The position numbers and the translations under genes are program-made. Positions 17,887 through 26,616 of a stretch of DNA of 64,000 nucleotides are shown here, one piece after another. Source of the DNA: a bacterium. GTDB lineage: Bacteria; Patescibacteriota; Minisyncoccia; UBA6257; WO2-44-18. Each line of letters opens with the position of its first letter. Positions within the stretch are counted from its first letter, which is position 1. Location: contig JAHFLQ010000002.1 in assembly GCA_023244815.1 (NCBI GenBank), positions 6,994 to 70,993 on the forward strand, in the 5' to 3' direction. The notes under the pieces were generated by a model, which had not been told where the DNA came from, ran no database searches, and was given only the letters and a program-made list of their open reading frames with translations.

Positions 17887-18522
17887 AATTTCTGAAATGA
17901 GTTCCTTGAGGCGGAAAGCGATCAGGTGAGCGAGCACCACGTGGAACGATTCCACCAGCGGCGTACCGAGATCTTTTTCCGCGACCGGTACCACCAGCGC
18001 GACATCCACCAACTTTGCCATCGGACCGCCATCAAAACCGGAAAGTCCAATAGTGATCCCGCCGCGATCCTTGATGTACTGAAGTCCCTTCAAGAGATTC
18101 TGCGACCACTGGCCGCCAAAATCCGATCCGCTGCCACCATGGACGCTGATACCGATACCTACCGCCTTGCGCTTGGCAAGAAAACCGTCTAACCAGAAAG
18201 TGTCCAGCCAAGACGTGAAGTAGTCTTCTTTTGGGCGATCGTTCACGATCGCGCTGATGAGCGGAATGTTGTCCCAGGGAGTCAGCGCGAAAATACTGCG
18301 CTTGCCCGGCACATCATTGACGGTTTTGGCCAAATCAGCGGCCAGATGCGAAGCGGTAGATGCCGACCCGCCATTCCCAAGAATGTAGACAGGCGCACCG
18401 TTCAGCCAGGCAGTGAAAAGAACATTGACCGCCTTTTCAATCTGCTCGCCTTGCTTTTCCAGTTCCTCAATAACACCATGGGCGCTTTGAAAGAACCGGG
18501 CAACATATTCGCGAGTATGCAC
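17875..18522 (-). CDS. gmhA: SIS-domain sedoheptulose-7-phosphate isomerase (phosphoheptose isomerase)
   Basis: 215 aa. It has GNGGSASTASHLAADL and a second SIS half (GISVHGGSG), as in GmhA. Confidence 0.7.
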   Translation of the reverse strand: MHTREYVARFFQSAHGVIEELEKQGEQIEKAVNVLFTAWLNGAPVYILGNGGSASTASHLAADLAKTVNDVPGKRSIFALTPWDNIPLISAIVNDRPKEDYFTSWLDTFWLDGFLAKRKAVGIGISVHGGSGSDFGGQWSQNLLKGLQYIKDRGGITIGLSGFDGGPMAKLVDVALVVPVAEKDLGTPLVESFHVVLAHLIAFRLKELISEIKSA

Positions 18523-18620
18523 GGGGCCTCTCTTTCCGTATTAATGAACATCCTCACCTTAATAAGAAACTCGCCAGTGGTCAATCTTGTTTCGTCGAAT
18601 CCTTGTGGTAGGCTTGAGAA

Positions 18621-19286
18621 ATGAAAGCAGTAATTTTAGCCGCTGGACGCGGAAAAAGAATGCACCACCTTACTGAAGAAACACCCAAACCGCTTCTGAA
18701 AGTCAGTGGTAAAACCTTTTTGGACATAATTTTCGATGCCTTACCGGAAGAAGTAAATGAGATCATCGTTGTTATCGGCTATCAGGGAGAGAAAATAAAA
18801 TCTTATCTCGGCGATAACTACAGAGGCCGAAAGATTCATTGTGTAGTCCAGCGGGAACTTAGCGGTACCGGCAAAGCTGTCTTGCTCACCAAAGAATATT
18901 TCAATCCCGGCGAGCGTTTCCTGATTTTCTACGCCGACGAATTAATTTCTAAGACCGATGTAAAAGATTGCCTGACCCACGAATTCAGCTGGCTTTGCTG
19001 GAAAGTAGCCGATTCGAAGGCCAGCGGCATCGCCACTATTTCTCAGGACGGATTTATCACAAAAATCACGGAGAAACCGAAAAGTCCGGAGTCCAATCTC
19101 GGTGTCACCGGTCTTCTCGTAGTGAACACGGATATTTTTCAATATGCGCCCGAGGCGCACGAGACCGGAGAATATTATCTTACCTCAATGATGAACGGAT
19201 TTGTGAAAGACCATAAAGTGTATCCGGTGATCGGGGCAAACCGACCATCTTTCAGCACGCCGGAAGACCTTGCTAAAATAAATTAA
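18621..19286 (+). CDS. Sugar-phosphate nucleotidyltransferase (HddC/RmlA-like)
   Basis: 221 aa. MKAVILAAGRGKRM...PKPLL is the NTP-transferase G-loop. It sits between gmhA and the heptose kinase. Confidence 0.65.
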   Translation: MKAVILAAGRGKRMHHLTEETPKPLLKVSGKTFLDIIFDALPEEVNEIIVVIGYQGEKIKSYLGDNYRGRKIHCVVQRELSGTGKAVLLTKEYFNPGERFLIFYADELISKTDVKDCLTHEFSWLCWKVADSKASGIATISQDGFITKITEKPKSPESNLGVTGLLVVNTDIFQYAPEAHETGEYYLTSMMNGFVKDHKVYPVIGANRPSFSTPEDLAKIN

Positions 19287-19316
19287 AAATGTCCCGAAGT
19301 ACTTCGGGACATTTTT
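19285..19316. terminator. Bidirectional Rho-independent terminator between convergent genes
   Basis: aaaaatgtcccgaa-gtac-ttcgggacattttt is a perfect stem with an A-tract upstream and a T-tract downstream. Confidence 0.8.
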
Positions 19317-19318
19317 TG

Positions 19319-20299
19319 TTAGAATTCGATTCGATGAACTCGCGATCCCTTTTTATCAATTTCGATGGGGATGATTTTCATTCCCCGCTTGGCGACTTCG
19401 CATGCCAGCCACATTTTATCTTCAACAGTTCGGCAGTAGAAGAGGAAATACCCTCCGCCGCCAGCTCCGATGAGCTTGCCGCCCAGAGCGCCGTTCCGCA
19501 TGCAAAAATCGTAAACCTCATCTATTTCCGGGACAGTCATCTTGTCGGACATCGCCTTCTTCAGCTGCCAGTGCTCATTCATCAATCGGCCGAAGCTTTC
19601 AAGATCGCCGGTCAAAAACCCGTCTAGCATCCAGCGGCCGATTTCTTTGGTGCGGTGTTTCAACTCCAACACCATCGGCGCGCTCTGATCGCGAAGAATT
19701 TCCACGCTGTCGCGCCGGATACCGGTATAGAAAAAGAGCGAACAGTTTAAAAATCTGTCTCTCGTTTCTTCGCTGATATTCGGATGATGCCACTTTACCG
19801 AATCATCATTGGCAATCTCCATTACCAGAAAATCGCCCAACGCCACGATGTAAGGATCCTGTTTGCCATCGGGAAGTCCGAGTGTCTGCGTGATCTGGAA
19901 GGCCTGCTCGGCCAGTTCTTCCTGGTTTTTAATCGAGCTCAGACCTTTGTGCCACCAGAGCGCGTTCAGCAGTCCAACCGCGCAACTGCCGGAACCGCCC
20001 AGGCCAGTGCCGATCGGGGTATCCGATTTGAAATAAACGCTGACACACCGATCAACACCGGTGAGCCGTAAAGCCTCTCGCCCAATCGGGTGTTGAACTT
20101 CGTCAACGGAGTTTACAGATTCGAACTTCAGATACTGAAGATCGATCTTGTCGTAGATCACCGGTTTCCTGATGATGATATCAATGTACATCTTGATCGC
20201 CACGCCAAAAATGAATCCGCCATGACTACGTGAGTAAGAAGGGAGGTCAGTTGAACCGCCTCCCAGCGAAATCCGGAAAGGCGTTCGGGCAATGAGCAT
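19319..20299 (-). CDS. GHMP-family D-glycero-D-manno-heptose 7-phosphate kinase (HddA-like)
   Basis: 326 aa. The N-terminus MLIARTPFRISLGGGSTDLPSY and the PIGTGLGGSGSCAVGL GHMP ATP-binding motif. Confidence 0.7.
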   Translation of the reverse strand: MLIARTPFRISLGGGSTDLPSYSRSHGGFIFGVAIKMYIDIIIRKPVIYDKIDLQYLKFESVNSVDEVQHPIGREALRLTGVDRCVSVYFKSDTPIGTGLGGSGSCAVGLLNALWWHKGLSSIKNQEELAEQAFQITQTLGLPDGKQDPYIVALGDFLVMEIANDDSVKWHHPNISEETRDRFLNCSLFFYTGIRRDSVEILRDQSAPMVLELKHRTKEIGRWMLDGFLTGDLESFGRLMNEHWQLKKAMSDKMTVPEIDEVYDFCMRNGALGGKLIGAGGGGYFLFYCRTVEDKMWLACEVAKRGMKIIPIEIDKKGSRVHRIEF

Positions 20300-20361
20300 T
20301 ATCTACCTCTATATTTATGAACTGATAACAGTGTAGTCTGGTAAAAAAAATAACGCAATAC

Positions 20362-21099
20362 TTATTTTTGCAATATCCAAATCTGGTTGTAACCCCAAAG
20401 CTTTTCAAAATAACCCATTAATTTCGGTAGATAACCGGCGAGAGATAAAATCCGTTTTCTGATAAACCCCTTTACGCCGGCAAGGCTCCGCGGATCAATT
20501 AGATATTCCATATCAACTTTTTTAAAATATTTGGAAATCGCGCTCTGAAAAGTTCCTGGCGTAAAAATGGAAACGTGATTTTTCCCGGGATAGTACCGAG
20601 CCAGTTCTCCATTCTTCAAAAAGAAGTTAATGCTGGCCCGGGAAAGAATATGGGGGAGACTTAAGATAAACAAACCTCCGGGTTTTAAAATTCGCAGAGT
20701 TTCCCTGATACAAAAGTGGGGATTTTCTAAATGCGGGAGGACGCACCAGGCCGTAACGATATCAAAAGAATTGTCCGGCCACGACACCTTGTCATAGCTC
20801 AAATCGGCGGTTTTAAATTCTTTGACGTAACCTTTGTTTTCGTCGGCAAGATAGTTGTCGATGTCCAGGCCGGAAACATTGTGAAATCCCAGTTGGTATA
20901 ATTGGGCAACAAAGGCGCCGCCGGCTACGCCGTAATCCAGAAATTTCGTGGTTGATCTGTCTTTAAAAAAACGGTCGTGATATCTGGCAACCAGATTGGC
21001 AGCAAAAAGATTCTGTAAATTTCTGCCAACGTAATTTCCCATATCATTCCTAAGCCTTTCTCGATTATTCTTAATTTCCTGATTGGTAAGGTATTCCAT
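20362..21099 (-). CDS. Class I SAM-dependent methyltransferase (Methyltransf_11-like), MTase family A, copy 1
   Basis: Motifs LDYGVAGGAF and ILKPGGLFILS. The start was set at MEYLTNQ (ATG at 21099) to avoid a head-on overlap with 21172..22068. It shares the WPDNSFDI..AWCVLPHLENP motif with 32338.. and 37263.. Confidence 0.6.
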   Translation of the reverse strand: MEYLTNQEIKNNRERLRNDMGNYVGRNLQNLFAANLVARYHDRFFKDRSTTKFLDYGVAGGAFVAQLYQLGFHNVSGLDIDNYLADENKGYVKEFKTADLSYDKVSWPDNSFDIVTAWCVLPHLENPHFCIRETLRILKPGGLFILSLPHILSRASINFFLKNGELARYYPGKNHVSIFTPGTFQSAISKYFKKVDMEYLIDPRSLAGVKGFIRKRILSLAGYLPKLMGYFEKLWGYNQIWILQK

Positions 21100-21171
21100 T
21101 GTTTCTACAGTTATAAAATCACGCGTAGCAATAATTTGCAACGTGTTATATGATAGAAATAATTTATTATC

Positions 21172-22068
21172 ATGCAAGTTTCTGACCATCGTTTTCTCAA
21201 TATTCTTCTCTGCCCCAATTGTAAAACGGCTAATCTGGCCGACCAAAAGGACAAGCTGACTTGCCGCCAATGCCAGTCAACTTATCCTGTTGTAAATTCC
21301 GCACCTTATCTGATTCACCAGGAACTGATTCAACAATATAAACAATATCAGAAAGAGGTGGCGTCGCCCGTCAACAAGCTCAAGACGCTCATCAAAAAAT
21401 CCCCTTGGCTTTTCCAATTTCTCACCTACGCTATTGGCAGTATCTCCTATTTCGGCTGGTCACCGAGGAAAGCACTGAAAAAAACCTTCCGAGAGGAACA
21501 GCTTCACGGCAAGATCATACTGAATATCGGCTCGGGCATCAAAGCGATCCACCCGGAAGTTATTAATGTGGACATCTTTCCCTACCAAAATGTGGGATTG
21601 GTCACGGATGCTACCAAATTACCGATTACTGACAATTCGGTAGATATGGTTATTACCGAATCCACCCTGGAACATATTCCGGATGTCGAACTGGCGATCC
21701 AAGAAATCTGCCGCGTGGTCAAACCTGGCGGATTCGTCTACATCAGCATCCCTTTTCTTATGCCATTTCACGCCTCGCCAAATGACTACTTCCGCCTCAC
21801 CAGTGCAGGAATAAAACATAAATTCGCTATCTTCGAAGAACAGCGGGTGGGCATGAACGGCGGGCCGGCTTCCGCACTGGTTACCCTGTTAATGCACTTT
21901 TTCGCCCTGCCATTTTCTATAATCTCAACAAGTCTCTACAACTTTATGACTTACGTCATAATGGCGGTTTTGTCCCCGCTCCGCATTTTAGATCTTGTCT
22001 TTTACCTTTTCCCCAGGTCAATGGATGCGGCCGCGATGACTTATTTCATCGGCAAGAAGCGCGCCTAG
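21172..22068 (+). CDS. Trm112-like zinc-ribbon plus class I SAM methyltransferase with a hydrophobic C-terminal tail
   Basis: 298 aa. ILLCPNCK...LTCRQC is a zinc ribbon. LNIGSGIK and VVKPGGFVYISIP are MTase motifs I and II. The last ~60 aa are hydrophobic. Confidence 0.55.
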   Translation: MQVSDHRFLNILLCPNCKTANLADQKDKLTCRQCQSTYPVVNSAPYLIHQELIQQYKQYQKEVASPVNKLKTLIKKSPWLFQFLTYAIGSISYFGWSPRKALKKTFREEQLHGKIILNIGSGIKAIHPEVINVDIFPYQNVGLVTDATKLPITDNSVDMVITESTLEHIPDVELAIQEICRVVKPGGFVYISIPFLMPFHASPNDYFRLTSAGIKHKFAIFEEQRVGMNGGPASALVTLLMHFFALPFSIISTSLYNFMTYVIMAVLSPLRILDLVFYLFPRSMDAAAMTYFIGKKRA

Positions 22069-23961
22069 CTACTTGCGTATCTTGTAAATTTCTACGTCCT
22101 GATTCTTGTAAACAAGCTCCAGTCCTGGATCCCGCGATAAGTCTGTTTTGGTAATTTCTTTTTCCCATGGTCCGTAGTACACATACTCCGCATCGATATT
22201 TTTCCAATCAACCGAAAGTTTCGGATATGCCGCAATCAGTTCATCGGCTTTTTCCTTGCTGACAAAGCGATAGGTCGTTTCACTTCTAGGAAAGCGGGCC
22301 GGGTCGTTTACGTAGTAGCCAACGTATAGGTGAGTGATAGTCTCAACCGTGTTCAAATGCTCGTGCAAATCCTGATTAATGCATTCTCCGGCACAGACCA
22401 TGTTCCGATAGTCCATTGCCAGAATGTTTTTTAAAAATTCCGGCTTAACTTTAAATAGCCTGTAGGTGGTTAAAAATCTTTCTTCGAGCAATTGATTAGT
22501 GGCAGCGGTATTAAAACCGCCGGCAAAATACGGGCGGGCGGAAGTTTGAGCGTTTAAATAAAGCGAGGTTATAAAAGATGGTGAAATAATTTTCGGCTCG
22601 TGCGGTAAATGTTTGTTGATCCAATTCCAGGATTCGACGATGCTCGGATTGAAGGTTCGGGATTCAAAAGTTTTTTCCGCAATAAATTCTTGCGGCGGAT
22701 TTACAAAAACCAAAGCGTTTACGACTTTTTTGGAAACCAGGAGCGCCGATCCGATAACTAAAAATATCGCGGCAGTTTTGTAATTTACTTTCTGCAACAA
22801 TTCATAAAACCCGTGGAGTAAAATTATAAATACAAAGGCGCTGATCGGCCGGAACCAATGATCAGGCGATGGCACATAGCCGGTTACGACCTGAACATTC
22901 CAGACCGCGAACATGGCGACGATAAAAATCCAGTAGAGCGCCGCGGTATCTTTTTGGCCACGCCTGAAAAAAACAAAATAAACAAAAAATGCTAAAATCG
23001 CGTAAAAAATATAATGAAAAATTGCCGGCTCGCCGCCGATAAAGAAAGGCGCGCGGCTGGTTTCCACTCCAATTCTCGCCGTAACCTCCGCGGCGGTTGG
23101 AGAATTTTTGAAAATAAAAAAATTAATCCAGTAAGGAATGGTAACGAAAATCAAGGCACCGAACATAACCAGCGCCGATTTAAATAAGCCGGTGTCTTTT
23201 TTAATTCTCACCAAAGAGTAACCGCCGATAAGACCGGCAATGATTGCCAGAAAAACCCAATAGTGGAAATAGATGTAAAACATCAGGCCGATCAAAACGC
23301 CAAGCAATGATCCGGATTTCCAGCTGGGCTTCTTCCAAAAAAGCAGCAGGGCCGCGATGGCCGGTAAAAACACGAGATAGGTTAGTAGAGGGTCTTCCGT
23401 CCTGCCAAGCGGCAACTTCGCGAGCGGCGTTCGTACTAGTGGGATAAAATAATTGCCAATGTTGTTAAAAAAAAGGTTTACGCTCTGAAAGGACAGCGGC
23501 AATGCCCGAAACATTGGTGTAAAAACACCCAAAAGGGAAAGGAATATGGAGAAGATTTTATTTCCGGTTATAACTTTTCCTAACCAATAAAAAAGCAAGA
23601 AAAGTATGGGTGACAATAAAAAAGTAGCGAAAAGATAAGAAAGATTGATATTGCCGCCGAAAAGGTAAATAAACGCGGCCATCAAAAGCGGCATAATTTG
23701 AAATGGCCCAAATGGAGTTACAGAGTTTCCCTCAAAATATAAATCTCCCGGGGGGAAGTGGCCGTCATAAATTTCCCGAAACCGGGAAATAGTGCCATAG
23801 GCCTCATCGCCGTGATGAGTTAATTGAATCGCAACATAGGGCTTACCTAAGCTGTGCAGTTTATTCCAAATGAGAAGCTCTGGGGTGACATAAAGAATGC
23901 CCACCAGCAAGGCAAGCCCCAAAAGTAGCCAGGTGAATTTATTTTGTAATGCGCCTCGCAT
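22069..23961 (-). CDS. Large polytopic membrane protein, putative GT-C-fold glycosyltransferase
   Basis: 630 aa. About 12 TM helices at the N-terminus and a ~200-aa soluble C-terminal domain. It is adjacent to a Dpm1-like GT2. The fold is inferred. Confidence 0.4.
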   Translation of the reverse strand: MRGALQNKFTWLLLGLALLVGILYVTPELLIWNKLHSLGKPYVAIQLTHHGDEAYGTISRFREIYDGHFPPGDLYFEGNSVTPFGPFQIMPLLMAAFIYLFGGNINLSYLFATFLLSPILFLLFYWLGKVITGNKIFSIFLSLLGVFTPMFRALPLSFQSVNLFFNNIGNYFIPLVRTPLAKLPLGRTEDPLLTYLVFLPAIAALLLFWKKPSWKSGSLLGVLIGLMFYIYFHYWVFLAIIAGLIGGYSLVRIKKDTGLFKSALVMFGALIFVTIPYWINFFIFKNSPTAAEVTARIGVETSRAPFFIGGEPAIFHYIFYAILAFFVYFVFFRRGQKDTAALYWIFIVAMFAVWNVQVVTGYVPSPDHWFRPISAFVFIILLHGFYELLQKVNYKTAAIFLVIGSALLVSKKVVNALVFVNPPQEFIAEKTFESRTFNPSIVESWNWINKHLPHEPKIISPSFITSLYLNAQTSARPYFAGGFNTAATNQLLEERFLTTYRLFKVKPEFLKNILAMDYRNMVCAGECINQDLHEHLNTVETITHLYVGYYVNDPARFPRSETTYRFVSKEKADELIAAYPKLSVDWKNIDAEYVYYGPWEKEITKTDLSRDPGLELVYKNQDVEIYKIRK

Positions 23962-24868
23962 AGTACTCTATTGTGCGCTTCAGGCCTGTCTCCAAATCTA
24001 CTTCTGGTTTCCACCCAAGTTCTTTTTTAATTTTGCTGATATCGCCTACAGTAACGGTTGGATCTCCTTTTCTTTCTCCCATTTGTTGAATCTCCAATTT
24101 TTTACCCATCACTTTCTCCAAAGTCTTCACAAGGTCGCTCATCCAGATCCCCTCGCCGGAGCCAACATTATACACATGCAGACCTTCGCACTTCATCGCA
24201 GCCATTAGATTCGCTCGCGCCACATCCTCTACATATATGTAGTCTTTCTTTTGCTTTCCTTCCCAATACAAAGGGAGGGGCTTATTTTCTAAAGCGTTGA
24301 CAACCCAAGTCGGCGCGGCGCGCGTCCGCGGAAGCTGTTCGTCGCCCGGCCCATATACATTAAAATACCGGAAAGAAATGCTTTGGATGCCGAAGGAATG
24401 ATAGTAAGCGCTCAATACATGCTCAAACGCCGCCTTGGAAGCGCCATAAGGGTTGATCGGTTTAAATGGGTGGCTCTCCGGAATCGGAACTTGCTCCGGC
24501 TCTCCATACGCCGAAGAGCTGGAAGAGTAGACTATTTTGTTCACCCCGTGCCGGCGCATGGCTTCCAAAAGTTTAACGCCGTTTAGCACATTATTTTCAA
24601 AATAAAAATACGGGTTTTCCAGAGAAAGCTTGATGATCCCGGCGGCGGCGAGATGCAACACAACATCTTTTCCCGGAACTAGTTGGTCCAGGAGTTTCTC
24701 GTCACCAATATTGCCGACAACAAGCTTTGCTCGCTGATCAATTTCGTCCGGGGTGTGCCCAGCGGAGGAAAGATCGTCTATAACCGTTACTTCGTAGCCT
24801 TTGTCGCATAAAAATTTTGTTAGATTGGAACCTATAAAACCCGCTCCCCCAGTAATTAAAAATTTCAT
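23939..24868 (-). CDS. NAD-dependent epimerase/dehydratase (GalE-like extended SDR)
   Basis: 309 aa. MKFLITGGAGFIGSNL and YGASKAA (YxxxK). Confidence 0.7.
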   Translation of the reverse strand: MKFLITGGAGFIGSNLTKFLCDKGYEVTVIDDLSSAGHTPDEIDQRAKLVVGNIGDEKLLDQLVPGKDVVLHLAAAGIIKLSLENPYFYFENNVLNGVKLLEAMRRHGVNKIVYSSSSSAYGEPEQVPIPESHPFKPINPYGASKAAFEHVLSAYYHSFGIQSISFRYFNVYGPGDEQLPRTRAAPTWVVNALENKPLPLYWEGKQKKDYIYVEDVARANLMAAMKCEGLHVYNVGSGEGIWMSDLVKTLEKVMGKKLEIQQMGERKGDPTVTVGDISKIKKELGWKPEVDLETGLKRTIEYYARRITK

Positions 24869-24869
24869 T

Positions 24870-25601
24870 TTATAAGTAGAACTTGCGCCAGACTTTAAAA
24901 GTATCTTTTATAAACCCCCAGATAATTCTGGGCTTTACAAAAGCGATAATCTTCCCGCGCCCGCCAATTTCCGCGTCTGTTTTTCCTTTAGCACGATGGA
25001 AATGATGCACGCCAACTTCTCCAATCGTAAAGCCGTTTTTAAGGCCGGTCAAGTAAATTTCCACGTTAATTACGCCCTGGGTTAAGCTTGGCAAAAAATC
25101 CACCTTATCAATCACTTCCCGACGGTATAATTTAAAGGCGCAATTCACGTCTTTTACCTTCAGCCCGAAAAGCAGGCGCATCGTCCAGTTGTAAATCTTG
25201 GACGTCCAGATCCGCATCAGCGGGTCGTGCCGCTTTATTTTATAGCCGGTAACAATGTCATATTTTTCAATCATCGGCAAAAGAAGGTCCAGTTCTTTGA
25301 TATCGAATTGGCGATCGCCGTCCGTGTAAAAAATCAGATCTTTTTTGGAATTTGTAAAACCGGTGCGCAACGCCCCGGCATAGCCGAAATTTTCCGGACG
25401 GGCAAGTAACTTTAAGTGCGGGATCTGGCCTTCCAGCTCTTTGACAATCTCATTGGTCTTGTCGGTGCTTCCTTCGCTAACAATTAAAATTTCATGGTCT
25501 TGAAAACGATTTTTTAAGTAGTCATTTATCTCAAAAACAAGATCCCGAATATTTTCTTCTTCGTTATATGCTGGCACGAAAACTGAGATGCTTTTATTCA
25601 T
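24870..25601 (-). CDS. GT2-family polyprenyl-phosphate sugar synthase (Dpm1/ArnC-like)
   Basis: 243 aa. ISVFVPAYNEEENI and DGDRQ (the DxD region). The short GT2 form is typical of dolichol/undecaprenol-phosphate glycosyltransferases. Confidence 0.65.
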   Translation of the reverse strand: MNKSISVFVPAYNEEENIRDLVFEINDYLKNRFQDHEILIVSEGSTDKTNEIVKELEGQIPHLKLLARPENFGYAGALRTGFTNSKKDLIFYTDGDRQFDIKELDLLLPMIEKYDIVTGYKIKRHDPLMRIWTSKIYNWTMRLLFGLKVKDVNCAFKLYRREVIDKVDFLPSLTQGVINVEIYLTGLKNGFTIGEVGVHHFHRAKGKTDAEIGGRGKIIAFVKPRIIWGFIKDTFKVWRKFYL

Positions 25602-25647
25602 GCGATTTATTGATTTTAACCGAAAATCAGGCTATCGTGAAGCCATA

Positions 25648-26616
25648 ATGACCGTGCCCAAAACTATCTTGGTTACCGGCTGCGCCGGATTTATTGGCAG
25701 TAATTTTGTGAAAACTTTCTCGGAACGATTTCCGGAAACGGATGTCATCGGCATCGACAACTTTTCCACGGGACGAAGAGATGCTGTGTTACCAAAAATA
25801 GTTTTTTATGAAGGCTCGGTTCTAGATAGCGGTTTGCTGGAAAAAGTTTTTGCCAAACATCAGCCCAAGTATGTATTTCATTTCGCGGCTATTCCAAGAG
25901 TTTCCTACTCCGTGGAACATCCCCGGGAAACCACGGAGAACAACATCATCGGCACCGTGGCGCTTCTCGAAGCCTCTAAAAATCATAGCGTAAAAAGATT
26001 CGTCTACTCTTCTTCCTCATCTGTTTATGGCGGGGCGGCGAAGACGCCAACTAAAGAATCGGATAACCCGCCAAATCCGAAATCCCCTTACGCTTTTCAA
26101 AAATACGCCGGCGAACAGCTTTGCCAAATGTCCAGCGAGCTTTACGGAATAGATACCGTCTCGCTCCGGTATTTCAACGTCTTCGGTCCCGGACAATACG
26201 GCGACTCGGCTTACGCTAGCGTTATTTCCGGATGGCTTGAAGCGATTTATTTCCCCGATAAAAACAAGAATCCTTTTATTGAAGGCGATGGCGAACAGTC
26301 GCGGGATTTTTGCTACGTAGATAATGTCGTGGAAGCAAATATCTTAGCGATGCGACATCCTAATCCTCTAAAAGGAGATGTATTTAACATCGCCTATGGC
26401 GAGCGCACTAGCGTGAATCAGACTCGCCGGCTGATAGAAGAAATGACGGGCCGAAAACTTAATTTGGAACAGCGCCCGACACGCGCCGGAGATATTAAAC
26501 ATTCCCACGCTGACATCTCTAAGGCGCGGGAAATGCTTGGCTATGATCCAAAAGTAAATTTTAAAGAGGGCCTAAAAAGAACTATTGCCTGGTATCAGCA
26601 ACGTTCTGATAAATAG
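25648..26616 (+). CDS. NAD-dependent epimerase/dehydratase (WbpP/GalE-like)
   Basis: Start MTVPKTILVTGCAGFIGSNF. Motifs SSSSVYG and YAFQKYA (YxxxK). Confidence 0.7.
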   Translation: MTVPKTILVTGCAGFIGSNFVKTFSERFPETDVIGIDNFSTGRRDAVLPKIVFYEGSVLDSGLLEKVFAKHQPKYVFHFAAIPRVSYSVEHPRETTENNIIGTVALLEASKNHSVKRFVYSSSSSVYGGAAKTPTKESDNPPNPKSPYAFQKYAGEQLCQMSSELYGIDTVSLRYFNVFGPGQYGDSAYASVISGWLEAIYFPDKNKNPFIEGDGEQSRDFCYVDNVVEANILAMRHPNPLKGDVFNIAYGERTSVNQTRRLIEEMTGRKLNLEQRPTRAGDIKHSHADISKAREMLGYDPKVNFKEGLKRTIAWYQQRSDK

